Part shown: one piece after another, positions 32,401 through 39,143 of the stretch
Numbering within the stretch: the first letter of the stretch is position 1
Layout of the letters: every line of letters starts with the position of its first letter
DNA from: Candidatus Oxydemutatoraceae bacterium
GTDB lineage: Bacteria; Pseudomonadota; Gammaproteobacteria; Poriferisulfidales; Oxydemutatoraceae
DNA length: 64,000 nucleotides
NCBI GenBank assembly: GCA_965218975.1
Contig: OZ244717.1
Span: 1,344,001-1,408,000 of the forward strand
Reading direction: 5' to 3'
Notes under the pieces: model-generated
Seen by the model: the letters and a program-made list of their open reading frames with translations, nothing else
Database searches by the model: none
What the model was told of the DNA's origin: nothing
Program-made: the position numbers and the translations under genes

Positions 32401-35400
32401 GGTTGTGAAGCTCAGTTCGCCAGAAGACGAATCTATGGTGAACAGGGCATCATCCGCACCGCCGGTAATCGAATACATCACCTCGTCTTGCGGGTTCGCA
32501 TCCTCAGCCGTCACCATGCCGACTACTATCAGGCCCTCTTCAACCTCAAAACTTGCTGCACTGATGAATACCGGCGCCTCGTTATCAATGATTGTGATCG
32601 TTTCCTCGCCGATTGTGTCGTCACCATGCCGCGCGGTTAGTGTAATCGTCTCATCTCCCTCAGCCGTCATGTCGTCTATTAGCGCCATGATCATTGCGTT
32701 TAGCGCAGATTCTCCTGCCGTCAAAGTCAACTCATACGGCGGTAACAGCGGCGAACCGTCAACCGATACCGTATAGTCGTCCTCCGTTGCCGTGCCGTCA
32801 AACTCTAACGTAATCGTTTGATCCTCAGCAAATACCGATTCGTTCGTGATCTCTAGCGTAATATCAATCGATTCGCCTTCGTCAATCGTTACCGCGCTCA
32901 CCGATAAATCCAACTCCGGCACCGCATCATCGTCGATGATCGCAATCGTTTCCGTGCCGATTATGTCGGCGCCATGCCGCGCGGTTATCTCAATGGTTTC
33001 ATCATCCGCCTCATGCACTCGGTCGTCTGTCGCCGTTACCGTCGCGGTTATCGAAGACAACTCCGCCGGCAAAGTCAACTCATACGGCGACGACAACGGC
33101 GAACCGTCGACCGATACCGTATAGTCGTCCTCAGGCATCGCATCGCCGGTAAACTCTAACGCAATCGTTTGATCCTCAGCAAATACCGATTCGTTCGTGA
33201 TCTCTAGCGTAATATCAATCGATTCGCCTTCGTCAATCGTTACCGCGCTCACCGATAAATCCAACTCCGGCACCGCATCATCGTCGATGATCGCAATCGT
33301 TTCCGTGCCGATTATGTCGGCGCCATGCCGCGCGGTTATCTCAATGGTTTCATCATCCGCCTCATGCACTCGGTCGTCTGTCGCCGTTACCGTCGCGGTT
33401 ATCGAAGACAACTCCGCCGACAAAGTCAACTCATACGGCGACGACAACGGCGAACCGTCGACCGATACCGTATAGTCGTCCTCAGGCATCGCATCGCCGG
33501 TAAACTCTAACGCAATTGTTTGATCTTCGGCATATACCGACCCGGTCGCGGTCGTCATCACTGTAATATCAACCGATGCCCCTTCGTCGATAACAGTCGC
33601 ACCGACCGACAGAGACAATACCGGCGTCGTATCGTTGTCGATAAGCGTGATTGTCTGCGTCGTATCGTCCCCGTCCCTCACCGTAGCGGCCGGGTGGCTC
33701 GTAGTTAAGCGTAACTCAATCGTCTCATCCGCTTCATACACCGTGTCATCCGTCACCACTAAGCGCAACCTTAACTCTCGTATATGTATACTACCCTCAT
33801 CATCACGCCCATCCATGAACTCAATCGGTCGCATCAAACGATCGCCTTCCGTGAACGGCAGCGTTCTCGATCCTGTATTCCTCTCGCTGACAAACTCTAT
33901 TATATAATCCTCCCCGAACGTCGCCGTTCCCCCCACCTCAAGCATAATTGTATAAATCCCATCGAAAAGCCCTTCTCCCTGACCCAACCGGATTGAAACC
34001 GTATTCATGCCCGTGCTTTCATTAACGGTACTAGGCAATTCCTGCAAATAATCCCACCTAGGACCTACACCGTCATCGAAGATAGTCACCGTCGCTTCGC
34101 TGCGACCCCGATCAATCACGACCGTATCGTCGGAATGCGCCGCCGTTCCATCCGTAATAACCACCGAAAAGCTCTGATCATCGAGGGTCAAAATGTTGTC
34201 ATTGACAATCTCAGCCGTCACCGTTTGCGACGATTCGGTCACGCCTACTTCGGGTGAAAAGACGACTTCCGCATTATCAAAGGGTCGATAATCCTCCACA
34301 ATCTCCGCGCTGCCTTCGCGTGTCGAGACAGTAACGGTCACTTTATCCTGCGGCGCACGCCCGACGCCAGTCAGTCTGAGCGTGAGTTCAACCCGCCCAT
34401 CGCTTTCATTGACCGTATATTCGGTCGGATCAAACATCAGGATGAATACCGCCGTCGCGGAGCTCGGTGTCGCCGTGATTTGTGCGGCTGCGCCGTTGCC
34501 CGCTGCGCTGACCGTACGCACTTCAAATGTGTATTCCGTGTCGTTGGTCAAATCGGTTACGATTTGAGTCCTGACCTCACTCGTCGCATCGCCGGCGGCA
34601 TTCCATTCCTGAGCCTCAATCGTTCCGGCGTCGCTACTCACACGATATTCGTAATGGTCAATCGGCGAAGTGCCGGGGTCGGCAGGCGCATCCCAACTTA
34701 GGATCGCGTGCGTATCGCCCGCCGCGGCTGCTAACTCCGCCGGCGCATCGGGCACGACATCGTTATCGATGAGCGTGATTGTCTGAGTCGTATCTTCGTT
34801 TACCGTAGCGGCCGGGTGGTCCGTCGCGAGACGTAACTCAATGGTCTCATCCGCTTCATACGTCGTGTCATCCGTCACCACTAAGAGGAAACTTAAATTT
34901 ATTAGATTTATAGTAGGCCCATCCCGAATCTCAATCGGTCGCATCAAAAGATTGTCTTCCGTGAACGGCAGCTCCGACCCCTGGTGGTGCACGCTGACAA
35001 GCTGTATTATATAATCTTCCCCGAACGTCGCCGTTCCTCCTACCTCAAGTATAATCGTATAAAACTCTACGAGAGCCCCCTGACTCTCGTTTTCCAACAC
35101 GATTGAAACCGTATTCATGCCCGTGCTTTCATTAACAGTGTTAGGTAACTCTTGCAAATTCCAAATAGGGCCTACATCGTCATCAACGATGATGGTCACC
35201 GTCGCTTCGCTCCGATTCCGATCAATCACCACCGTATCGTCGGAATGCGTTGCCGACACATCGTCAATAACCACCGAAAAGACCTCGTCATCGGGTTCAA
35301 AAATGACGTCATTGACAATCTGAATCGTCACCGTTTGCGACAACTCGGTCATGCCTGCTTCGGCTGAAAAGACGACTTCCATATTGTTAAAGGGTAGATA

Positions 35401-38154
35401 ATCCTTATCGCTTAACGCGCTGCCGTCACACGTCGAGACAAAAACGTTTATATCGCCCTGCGGCGCACGCCCGGCACTGATCAGTTTGAGCGTAAGAGTG
35501 ACCGCAGCATTAAGATCACTTCCGCCTCCGGCGTCTTCAGTGATCGTATACTCGCTCGGGTCAAACGTCAGGATGAATACCACCGTCGCGGAATTCGGCG
35601 TCGCCGTGATTTGCGCGGTGGTGCCGTTGCCCGCTGCACTGACCGCCCGCACTTCAAATGTGTATTTCGTGTCGTTGGTTAAATCGGTTACGATTTGAGT
35701 TCTGACCTCACTCGTCGCATCGTCGGCGCTTGTCCAGTCCGGGTCCCAAACCGTTCCGCCGTCGGTGCTCACGCGATATTCGTAATAGTCGATCGGCGCA
35801 GTGCCGGAATCGGCAGGCGTATCCCAACTTAGAACTGCGTGTGTGTCGCCCGCCTCGGCCGTTAAGTTCACCGGCGCACTCGGTGTAGGCAACGGGGTTG
35901 AGATCACGGCCATTGCGGTGGTTGTTCCTGCCTCGTTGAAGGCTGCGACCTCAACCGTGTATTTGGTGCCGTTGGTCAGACCCTCGATCGTATAGCGACC
36001 GCTCAGGGATTGCAGTCGGTAAAGCTTAGCAGTTTCGTTATCTACCATATAGAGTTGGCCGTCGTGCGAGGCGAGGCCGGTCGCGGTCGGAAGGGCCTCA
36101 TCGAGATTAAAGTTGCTTGGGCCTACTTGGACGGCTCTGCTCGTTTCGGGATTGAGGGTGAGGAGGGCATCCTTCCCAGCGCCTACCATATAGAGTTGAC
36201 CGTCGTGCGAGGCGAGGCCAAATGGCCCCCACTCGTTGACGTTAAACTGACGTACATTGCCTACTCGGACGGCACCGCCCGTTGCGGGATCGAGGATGTA
36301 GAGGACATCATTCCGATTGCCTATCATATAGAGTCGGCCGTCGTGCGAGGTGATGCCGCTCGGAAGGTCCTCACGGACATTCGCACTAAATCCCAATGAA
36401 CCCATTTGTTTGGCTATGCCTGTTTTGGGGTTGAGGGTGTGGAGGGCAGGCCTCCCATGGCCTACCAGATAGAGTCGGTCGTCGTGCGAGGCGAGGCCGT
36501 CCGGGTCCCTTTCGTCGACCGTAAATCTCCTTGGACCCACTTGTTTGGCTATGCCTGTTTCGGAGTCAAGGGTGTGGAGAGCATCCCTATCTCTGCCTAC
36601 CATATAAAGTTGACCGTCGTGCGAGGTGATGCCGCTCGGGCGGAACTCACCGACACCAAATCCTGCGGCAGTATTCCCGGCTTGCTGCGCGAAGCCGACG
36701 TGGACGTTGATCTCTGTGGACAGTGCAGGTGGACCGGTGCTTGTCCAACGCACGGTGTAGCCATCGGGTATACCGCCCGTCGCAAGGTCCGGGGCCTTCC
36801 AGACCGCGGTGATCGTTTCGTTGCCCGACACGGTTTCTACGTTTTGAGGCACATTCGGTGCGAGCAGCAAGGATGTCGGAGTCGCACGCACGGCGGCCGC
36901 TGTGGCCGCACCGGCCGCATTAACTGCTGTGACTTCGATTGTGTATTCGGTGTCGTTGGCCAGACCTTCGATCGTATATCGGGTCACGTCTGCTGCGACG
37001 GTCGCGTTGCCGATGCCGGCGGGCGGAGTCCAACTGATGCGGTAGTCTGCGACCGGGCCGCCTGTTTCCGGAGCCTGCCAGATGACGGTGATCCTTTCAT
37101 TGTTCGGCACGGTTTCTACGCTTCGAGGCGTACTCGGTGCGGGCAGCGGGGCTGCGGTTACGGTCGCTGTGGTTGCGCCTGCCTCGTTGAAGGCTACGAT
37201 CTCAATCGTGTATTTGGTGCCGTTGGTCAGACCCTCGATCGTATAGCGACCGCTCAGGGATTGCAGTCGGTAAAGCGTATCAGTAGCACGACCTGTCATA
37301 TAAAGTTGGCCGCCGTGCGAGGCGAGGCCGCTTGGGGCCATCTCACCGACATTAAATTCCGCCGGACCTATTTGGACGTCTATGCCCGTTTGGGGATCAA
37401 GGGTATGGAGGGCATCCCTAAAACTGTCTACCATATAGAGTTGACCGTCGTGCGAGGCGAGGCCGTTCGGCCTACCAAGGAGATCTGCTGAGCCTATTAG
37501 GACGGCTATGCCCGTTTGGGGGTCAATGGTGTAGAGGGCAAGCGCAACGGTGCCTACCATATAGAGTTGATCGTCGTGTGAGGCGAGGCCGGTCGGATTC
37601 TCATTTACGGTTAGGTCAAATCGGGTCGCTGCGCCTGTTTGGGGGTTGAGGGTGTAGAAGCTGCGGCTCCCGCTTCCCCCGCTTACCATATAGAGTCGGT
37701 CTTCATGCGAGGCGAGGCCCTGCGGGCTGATTCCCTCAACATTAAAATTCATCGTGCTTACTCGAGCCGCTGCACCCGTTTCGGGGTCGAGGGTGTAGAG
37801 GGCATTTCCTGCAGTGCCCACCATATAGAGTTGACCGTCGTGTGAGGTGAGGCCAGTCGGCTGGCTCTCACCGACACCAAATCCTGCGGCAGTATTCCCG
37901 GCTTGTTGCGCAAAGCCGACCCGGACAGTGACCTCTGTGGACAGTGCAGGTGGGTCGGCACTTGTCCAATGTACGGTGTAGCCGTCGGGTGTGCCGCCCG
38001 CTGTCGGAGCCTTCCAAGTGACGGTAATTTGTTTGTCAGCGGGTGTAACTTCTACGTTATTAGGAGCTGCGGGTTGAGTCTGCTGCGCCTGTATTGATAA
38101 AGCATACAGTATGCAGCATATGCCGATCGCAGTACGTATATAAGAAGAACGCAT
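20455..38154 (-). CDS. Giant repetitive surface protein/adhesin (5899 aa): signal peptide, FN3, beta-propellers, Calx-beta, cadherin-like, choice-of-anchor U-like domain, GlyGly-CTERM
   Basis: Sec signal MRSSYIRTAIGICCILYALSIQA. FN3 motifs (W.AP..Y..LTN.T.YTFEVRAV), Calx-beta (DGSA...DY..I.DD...E.DE.F) and cadherin-like (ITGGADDALF.IDSSSGELSF...PDYENP.D). C-terminal GVFDF..YYKY..GW..DG..ND.DG..NG.I.DPG, then GGGGGGAVGLWWLLL-TM-KRR. Confidence 0.93.
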   Translation of the reverse strand: MRSSYIRTAIGICCILYALSIQAQQTQPAAPNNVEVTPADKQITVTWKAPTAGGTPDGYTVHWTSADPPALSTEVTVRVGFAQQAGNTAAGFGVGESQPTGLTSHDGQLYMVGTAGNALYTLDPETGAAARVSTMNFNVEGISPQGLASHEDRLYMVSGGSGSRSFYTLNPQTGAATRFDLTVNENPTGLASHDDQLYMVGTVALALYTIDPQTGIAVLIGSADLLGRPNGLASHDGQLYMVDSFRDALHTLDPQTGIDVQIGPAEFNVGEMAPSGLASHGGQLYMTGRATDTLYRLQSLSGRYTIEGLTNGTKYTIEIVAFNEAGATTATVTAAPLPAPSTPRSVETVPNNERITVIWQAPETGGPVADYRISWTPPAGIGNATVAADVTRYTIEGLANDTEYTIEVTAVNAAGAATAAAVRATPTSLLLAPNVPQNVETVSGNETITAVWKAPDLATGGIPDGYTVRWTSTGPPALSTEINVHVGFAQQAGNTAAGFGVGEFRPSGITSHDGQLYMVGRDRDALHTLDSETGIAKQVGPRRFTVDERDPDGLASHDDRLYLVGHGRPALHTLNPKTGIAKQMGSLGFSANVREDLPSGITSHDGRLYMIGNRNDVLYILDPATGGAVRVGNVRQFNVNEWGPFGLASHDGQLYMVGAGKDALLTLNPETSRAVQVGPSNFNLDEALPTATGLASHDGQLYMVDNETAKLYRLQSLSGRYTIEGLTNGTKYTVEVAAFNEAGTTTAMAVISTPLPTPSAPVNLTAEAGDTHAVLSWDTPADSGTAPIDYYEYRVSTDGGTVWDPDWTSADDATSEVRTQIVTDLTNDTKYTFEVRAVSAAGNGTTAQITATPNSATVVFILTFDPSEYTITEDAGGGSDLNAAVTLTLKLISAGRAPQGDINVFVSTCDGSALSDKDYLPFNNMEVVFSAEAGMTELSQTVTIQIVNDVIFEPDDEVFSVVIDDVSATHSDDTVVIDRNRSEATVTIIVDDDVGPIWNLQELPNTVNESTGMNTVSIVLENESQGALVEFYTIILEVGGTATFGEDYIIQLVSVHHQGSELPFTEDNLLMRPIEIRDGPTINLINLSFLLVVTDDTTYEADETIELRLATDHPAATVNEDTTQTITLIDNDVVPDAPAELAAAAGDTHAILSWDAPADPGTSPIDHYEYRVSSDAGTIEAQEWNAAGDATSEVRTQIVTDLTNDTEYTFEVRTVSAAGNGAAAQITATPSSATAVFILMFDPTEYTVNESDGRVELTLRLTGVGRAPQDKVTVTVSTREGSAEIVEDYRPFDNAEVVFSPEVGVTESSQTVTAEIVNDNILTLDDQSFSVVITDGTAAHSDDTVVIDRGRSEATVTIFDDGVGPRWDYLQELPSTVNESTGMNTVSIRLGQGEGLFDGIYTIMLEVGGTATFGEDYIIEFVSERNTGSRTLPFTEGDRLMRPIEFMDGRDDEGSIHIRELRLRLVVTDDTVYEADETIELRLTTSHPAATVRDGDDTTQTITLIDNDTTPVLSLSVGATVIDEGASVDITVMTTATGSVYAEDQTIALEFTGDAMPEDDYTVSVDGSPLSSPYELTLSAELSSITATVTATDDRVHEADDETIEITARHGADIIGTETIAIIDDDAVPELDLSVSAVTIDEGESIDITLEITNESVFAEDQTIALEFTGDAMPEDDYTVSVDGSPLSSPYELTLPAELSSITATVTATDDRVHEADDETIEITARHGADIIGTETIAIIDDDAVPELDLSVSAVTIDEGESIDITLEITNESVFAEDQTITLEFDGTATEDDYTVSVDGSPLLPPYELTLTAGESALNAMIMALIDDMTAEGDETITLTARHGDDTIGEETITIIDNEAPVFISAASFEVEEGLIVVGMVTAEDANPQDEVMYSITGGADDALFTIDSSSGELSFTTAPNYENPADTDNVYMLTVAAIGGTGDRALTTMQVITVTVLDVPTTVTITAAEPMVTEGEPAVFVFERTDATDAPALTVNITIDDPDGVRAATANTGTPSMVTFAADSATAVLNLVTDDDTLDEADGVVTVTIIDGADYEVGIENSASVRVVDNDAVPGAPTALTATTGNGTVDLSWEAPADPGTAPIERYEYRASSDAGTIEAQEWNAAGDATGEVRTQIASSLSNDTEYTFEVRAVSAAGNGAAAQIMATPSSETAVFTLTFDPSEYTLTESDQRVTLTLRLIGEGRALQDDVTVTVSTRDGSAVTPQDYVAIENATVVFEPEEGVTELTQTVTVQIVNDIVFELDDEIFSVVINDVTAAASGDTVMIDRGEATVIIVDDGGPPIWVLDPLPSPVGESTGTVSIEMRRVSIVNSDTNRGYSLTLELGGTATFSDDYVITDIDGNPLASPPTFDVAQNQTMLEARLIITDDRVFEGEETIEIRLSTTEPKILIDDATTQTITLIDNDAVPELDLSVSAVTIDEGESIDITLEITNESVFAEDQTIALEFTGDAMPEDDYTVSVDGSPLLPPYELTLTAGESALNATIMALIDDMTAEGDETITLTARHDDDTIGEETITIIDNEAPVFISAASFEVEEGLIVVGMVTAADANPQDEVMYSITGGADDALFTIDSSSGELSFTTAPNYENPTDADGDNAYMLTVAAIGGTGDRALTTMQVITVEVLDADDSLPVITIFADEPSVTEGEVAVFVLNRTTPTDAELTVDVRVMIDDADRSGMVTFAAGSATAVFFSLSTDDDLLDEADGVVTATIIDDVGYRIGIENSASVRVVDNDAVPGAPAELAAAAGDTHAVLSWDAPADPGTAPIDHYEYRASSDAGTIEAQEWNVADDATSEIRTQIVTDLTNDTEYTFEVRAVSAAGNGAAAQVTATPSSATAVFILMFDPTEYTIAEDAGGGRGTNAAVTLTLKLSSVGRAPQDNVTVFVSTRDGSAEIFEDYVALNNEEVVFFPGAGMTELLQTVTIQIVNDIIQEHGDEIFDDEFFSVVIDDVSAAHSDDTVVIDPNRSEATVTIVNDDPSPIWSLDMLPSTVGESMDTVVPIVMRRMHHSDQGHLLTLELGGTATFGEDYVITNMQDNPFALPLTFTAPTIVGGPSDRIVTFSLVVMNDAVFEGDETIEIRLTTTHPAVFTDNTTQTITLIDNDVVPDAPAELAAAAGDTHAILSWDAPADPGTAPIDHYEYRVSSDAGTIEAQEWNAAGDATSEVRTQIVTDLTNDTEYTFEVRTVSAAGNGAAAQVTATPSSATAVFILTFNPSEYTVNESDGRVELTLRLTGVGRAPQDKVTVTVSTREGSADILEDYRPFDNAEVVFSPEVGVTELSQTVTAEIVNDNILTLDDQSFSVVITDGTAAHSDDTVVIDRGRSEATVTIVDDGVGPRWNYLQELPSTVNESTGMNTVSIRLGQGEGLFDGIYTIMLEVGGTATFEEDYIIEFVSGRDIGSRTLPFTKGDRLMRPIEFMDGRDDEGSIHIRELRLRLVVTDDTVYEADETIELRLTTSHPAATVRDGDDTTQTITLIDNDTTPVLSLSVGATVIDEGASVDITVMTTATGSVYAEDQTIALEFTGDAMPEDDYTVSVDGSPLSSPYELTLPAGASSVTATITATDDRVHEADDETIEITARHGADIIGTETIAIIDDDAVPELDLSVSAVTIDEGESIDITLEITNESVFAEDQTIALEFTGDAMPEDDYTVSVDGSPLSSPYELTLSAGASSVTATITATDDMTAEADETITITARHEGDTIGEETITITDNDADVATFTASFNPTEYTVNESDGQVELTLTLIGERPPRGNVDVTVVTSDDSAVASEDYTPRNFAIRFFGSGSSQVANTMIRIVDDMAVETEESFSVRISGVTAMHEDDMGMIGQGEATVTIVDDDDVNVAPVFSDAVSFEVNEGETVVGTMTAEDANPQDEVTYSITGGADDALFDIDSSSGELSFTTAPDYENPADADTDNVYMLIVTAAGGTDARALTTTQAITVTVLDVPTTITITAAEPMVTEGEPAVFVFERTDSTNVSELNVFFTVDDPGGVLVLPKPFALSFGAAGAASETAMLSLATIDDALEEDDSTVTVTVGAHMNYEVGIENSAEVRVVDNDVNVAPAFISAASFEVNEGETVVGTVTAADANIEDEVMYSVIGGADDALFDIDSSSGELSFTTAPDYENPVDADEDNNYMLTVVAIGGTDVRTLTTTQGITVTVLDVPTTVTITAAEPTVTEGESAVFVFERTDATDAPVLTVNITVDDPDGVLAAAAPDTITFDADSATAELSLATDDDTLEKDDSVVTVTIIDDVGYRIGIENSAEVRVVDNDVNVAPVFSSAESFEVNEGETVVGTVTAEDANIEDEVTYSVTGGADDALFAIDSSSGELSFVATPDYEDPADADTDNVYMLIVTAIGGADARALTTAQGITVTVLDVPTTITITAEDPTVTEGEPAVFTFTRTDAPALTVNITVDDSGGVLADAAPDTITFAADSATTALNLATIDDTLEEDDSTVTVTVNDGVDYVVGIENSAEVRVNDNDGPFTISFDPTEYTVNEGRTAVVMIRLSGERPRRGNVTVTVDAHDGSAVFIEDYGLRSSGLVFFPTVMLRSERFTTIDNAVVETEEIFSVRLRDVMASDPADEVVIGQGEATITIVDNDSPPIWSLDMLPSSVSESRDTAVPIVMKRMRDLLDRGYPLTLELGGTATFGEDYVITDMDDNPFALPLTFPAPYIADDVFDLRTDKTVEFRLVITDDAVFEGAETIELRLTTTDPDVTIGSDTTQTITIIDNDVPVLSLTVGATAINEGALTDIEVGITNESVYAEDQTITLEFAGDAMPEDDYTVMVGDLPLSSPYELTLPAGLSSVTATIMATDDRVDEADETITLTARHEGDTIGEETITIIDDDAAPELDLSVSETTIDEGASGDITLAITNESVFAENQTITLEFDGEATPEDDYTVMVGGSLLSSPYELTLPAGLSSVTATIMATDDQADETDEMIEITARHDGDIIGEATITIIDNDALPELDLSVSATAIDEGASVDITLEITNESVFAENQTITLEFDGEATPEDDYTVMVGGSLLSPPYELTLLAGASTAAVTIMTTDDRADEADEMIMITARHGADTIGEAMITIIDNDAAPVLFLSVSTTAIDEGESIDITLEITNESVFAEDQTIALEFTGDAMPEVDYMVSVDDSPLSSPYQLTLSAGASTAAATIMTTDDRADEADETITLTARHGADTIGEAMITIIDNDAVPELDLSVSAVTIDEGESIDITLEITNESVFAEDQTITLEFFGTATPEDDYTVSVDGSPLSSPYELTLPAGASSVTATITVTDDTEIEADEAITLTALHGADTIGKKTLTIISDVSPVERIADLTPAVLGNFTPGAVIPSEIGRYIVIPGQRNDGASIDATALLVRFNPSLRACIVNDSVASEPSYQFDCDVLSGPLAEDSTVQAPVFGSVLYWADVRDDKGLIVRATSQKIYVAPPLGFASGLQAIASDTAAADVLLLTSDDADVPSSINLDFEAGVDPVVSPSVPFEDGRGTVSINALSAEDILRLTAINGVAFSGADSDLNAVTEAMLAMHELFALGNNALRLIEAKEASINPIESVDPGLSAELIVFDQVTTITLTNDYMVDVFVYSTATAMFELAGMSEDAVRELIIDLSDNELKAADREGEEWVISLEDADFSPYIFQVMMSTNQEVTASIHALGDVADELGMIDADLTLATTGTLLTGFYAYKQADEASVGVARITSNAILNLPPLPDGREVAEVESGVFDFIAADLTGGVATVVVELSAAAQEGSRYYKYQPDDGWTEFNTSSNDKIYSAPAPCPSAQASRESDAGGGLSDYAWRLVSDGVRADDECLLLEIEDGSVNDSDGRVNGIIFDPGALVQFVARVGGGGGGAVGLWWLLLFVGIILAAMVLKRRNARPTRRISP
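27100..28830 (-). repeat. ~1.7-kb near-identical intragenic duplication (second copy ~33065-34795)
   Basis: The offset is a constant 5964 nt, e.g. antisense ORFs 27233/33197, 27556/33520 and 28516/34480. Confidence 0.9.
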
Positions 38155-38169
38155 AATAGTTTTTTTTTA

Positions 38170-38198
38170 ATTATAGTGATAAAGTTGTACGATGTCAC
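38170..38198 (-). promoter_or_regulatory. Candidate hybrid sigma70 promoter for the giant adhesin, with -35 supplied by the IS end
   Basis: On the minus strand: GTGACA (38198-38193), 17 bp, TATAAT (38175-38170). The IS terminus is at 38186. Confidence 0.55.
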
Positions 38199-38279
38199 CC
38201 CTAAAAGGGATTTTTGAAGCGTTCGGTAGTAACATTCGGACCGGTGTTTTCTGTCCGTTGCCGGTATGAGGGTGGTGCG

Positions 38280-38573
38280 GGGTGAGACGTGCCCTGAAAA
38301 CCGACTGATTTTCAGCGGCGAACGACCCGACAAGGACGTCGGGGCTGGGGCTTGTTGACAGAACCCAGTCGCGTCATGGGTGAGACGCGCCCGGAAAACC
38401 AATTGGTTTTCAGCGGTGAACGACCCGACAAGGACGTCGGGGCTGGGGCTTGTTGACAGAACCCAGTCGCGTCATGGGTGAGACGCGCCCGGAAAACCAA
38501 TTGGTTTTCAGCGGTGAACGACCCGACAAGGACGTCGGGGCTGGGGCTTGTTGACAGAACCCAGTCGCGTCAT
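38280..38573 (+). repeat. Three tandem 98-bp units
   Basis: The unit GGGTGAGACGCGCCCGGAAAACCAATTGGTTTTCAGCGGYGAACGACCCGACAAGGACGTCGGGGCTGGGGCTTGTTGACAGAACCCAGTCGCGTCAT starts at 38280, 38378 and 38476. Confidence 0.95.
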
Positions 38574-38848
38574 GGACGACAGGCACTTTGCCGACAATCC
38601 GGCACAATCCGCCGACAACCTGGCAGCAAACACAAAACGGTTCCATAACCGGTCATTGAATGCTTCCGTATCGGCGAATAGCAGATTTTCTGCATGATCA
38701 ATACAATCCTCCTAAACCGTACGGTTAAAGCGCTTGATGTGCGCGTTCATTTTCAGACACTTGGGATAGGTCAGTCACTGCTCAATCGCGGATGATTCCA
38801 GGATGAGCTGGGCAAACTGTCCTTGAAACTCACTACCGCCGTCCGTCA

Positions 38849-39143
38849 GGGTGAGACGCGCCCGGAAAACCGATCGGTTTTCAGCGGCGAACGACCCGAC
38901 AAAGACGTCGGGGGCTGGGGCTTGTTGACAGAACCCAGTCGCGTCATGGGTGAGACGCGCCCGGAAAACCAATTGGTTTTCAGCGGCGAACGACCCGACA
39001 AGGACGTCGGGGCTGGGGCTTGTTGACAGAACCAAGTCTCGTCATGGGTGAGACGCGCCCGGAAAACCAATTGGTTTTCAGCGGCGAACGACCCGACAAA
39101 GACGTCGAGGCTGGGGCTTGTTGACAGAACCCAGTCGCGTCAT
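38849..39143 (+). repeat. Three further tandem 98/99-bp units
   Basis: Units start at 38849, 38948 and 39046. They are followed by the same tail GGACGACAGGCACTTTGCCGACAATCC as the first array. Confidence 0.95.

Noticed and set aside
24535-37491. Long + strand ORFs (739, 298 and 361 aa, and many Ser/Val-rich ones)
   Set aside because: These are antisense shadows of the repetitive, codon-biased adhesin gene. They are low-complexity Arg/His or Ser/Val translations that repeat with the DNA repeats.
20455-38154. Diversity-generating retroelement acting on the adhesin repeats
   Set aside because: There is no reverse transcriptase or non-coding template repeat in the window. Differences between copies include non-adenine changes and indels.
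38280-39143. Possible CRISPR array
   Set aside because: The units are contiguous 98-bp near-identical repeats with no unique spacers, and there are no cas genes in the window.
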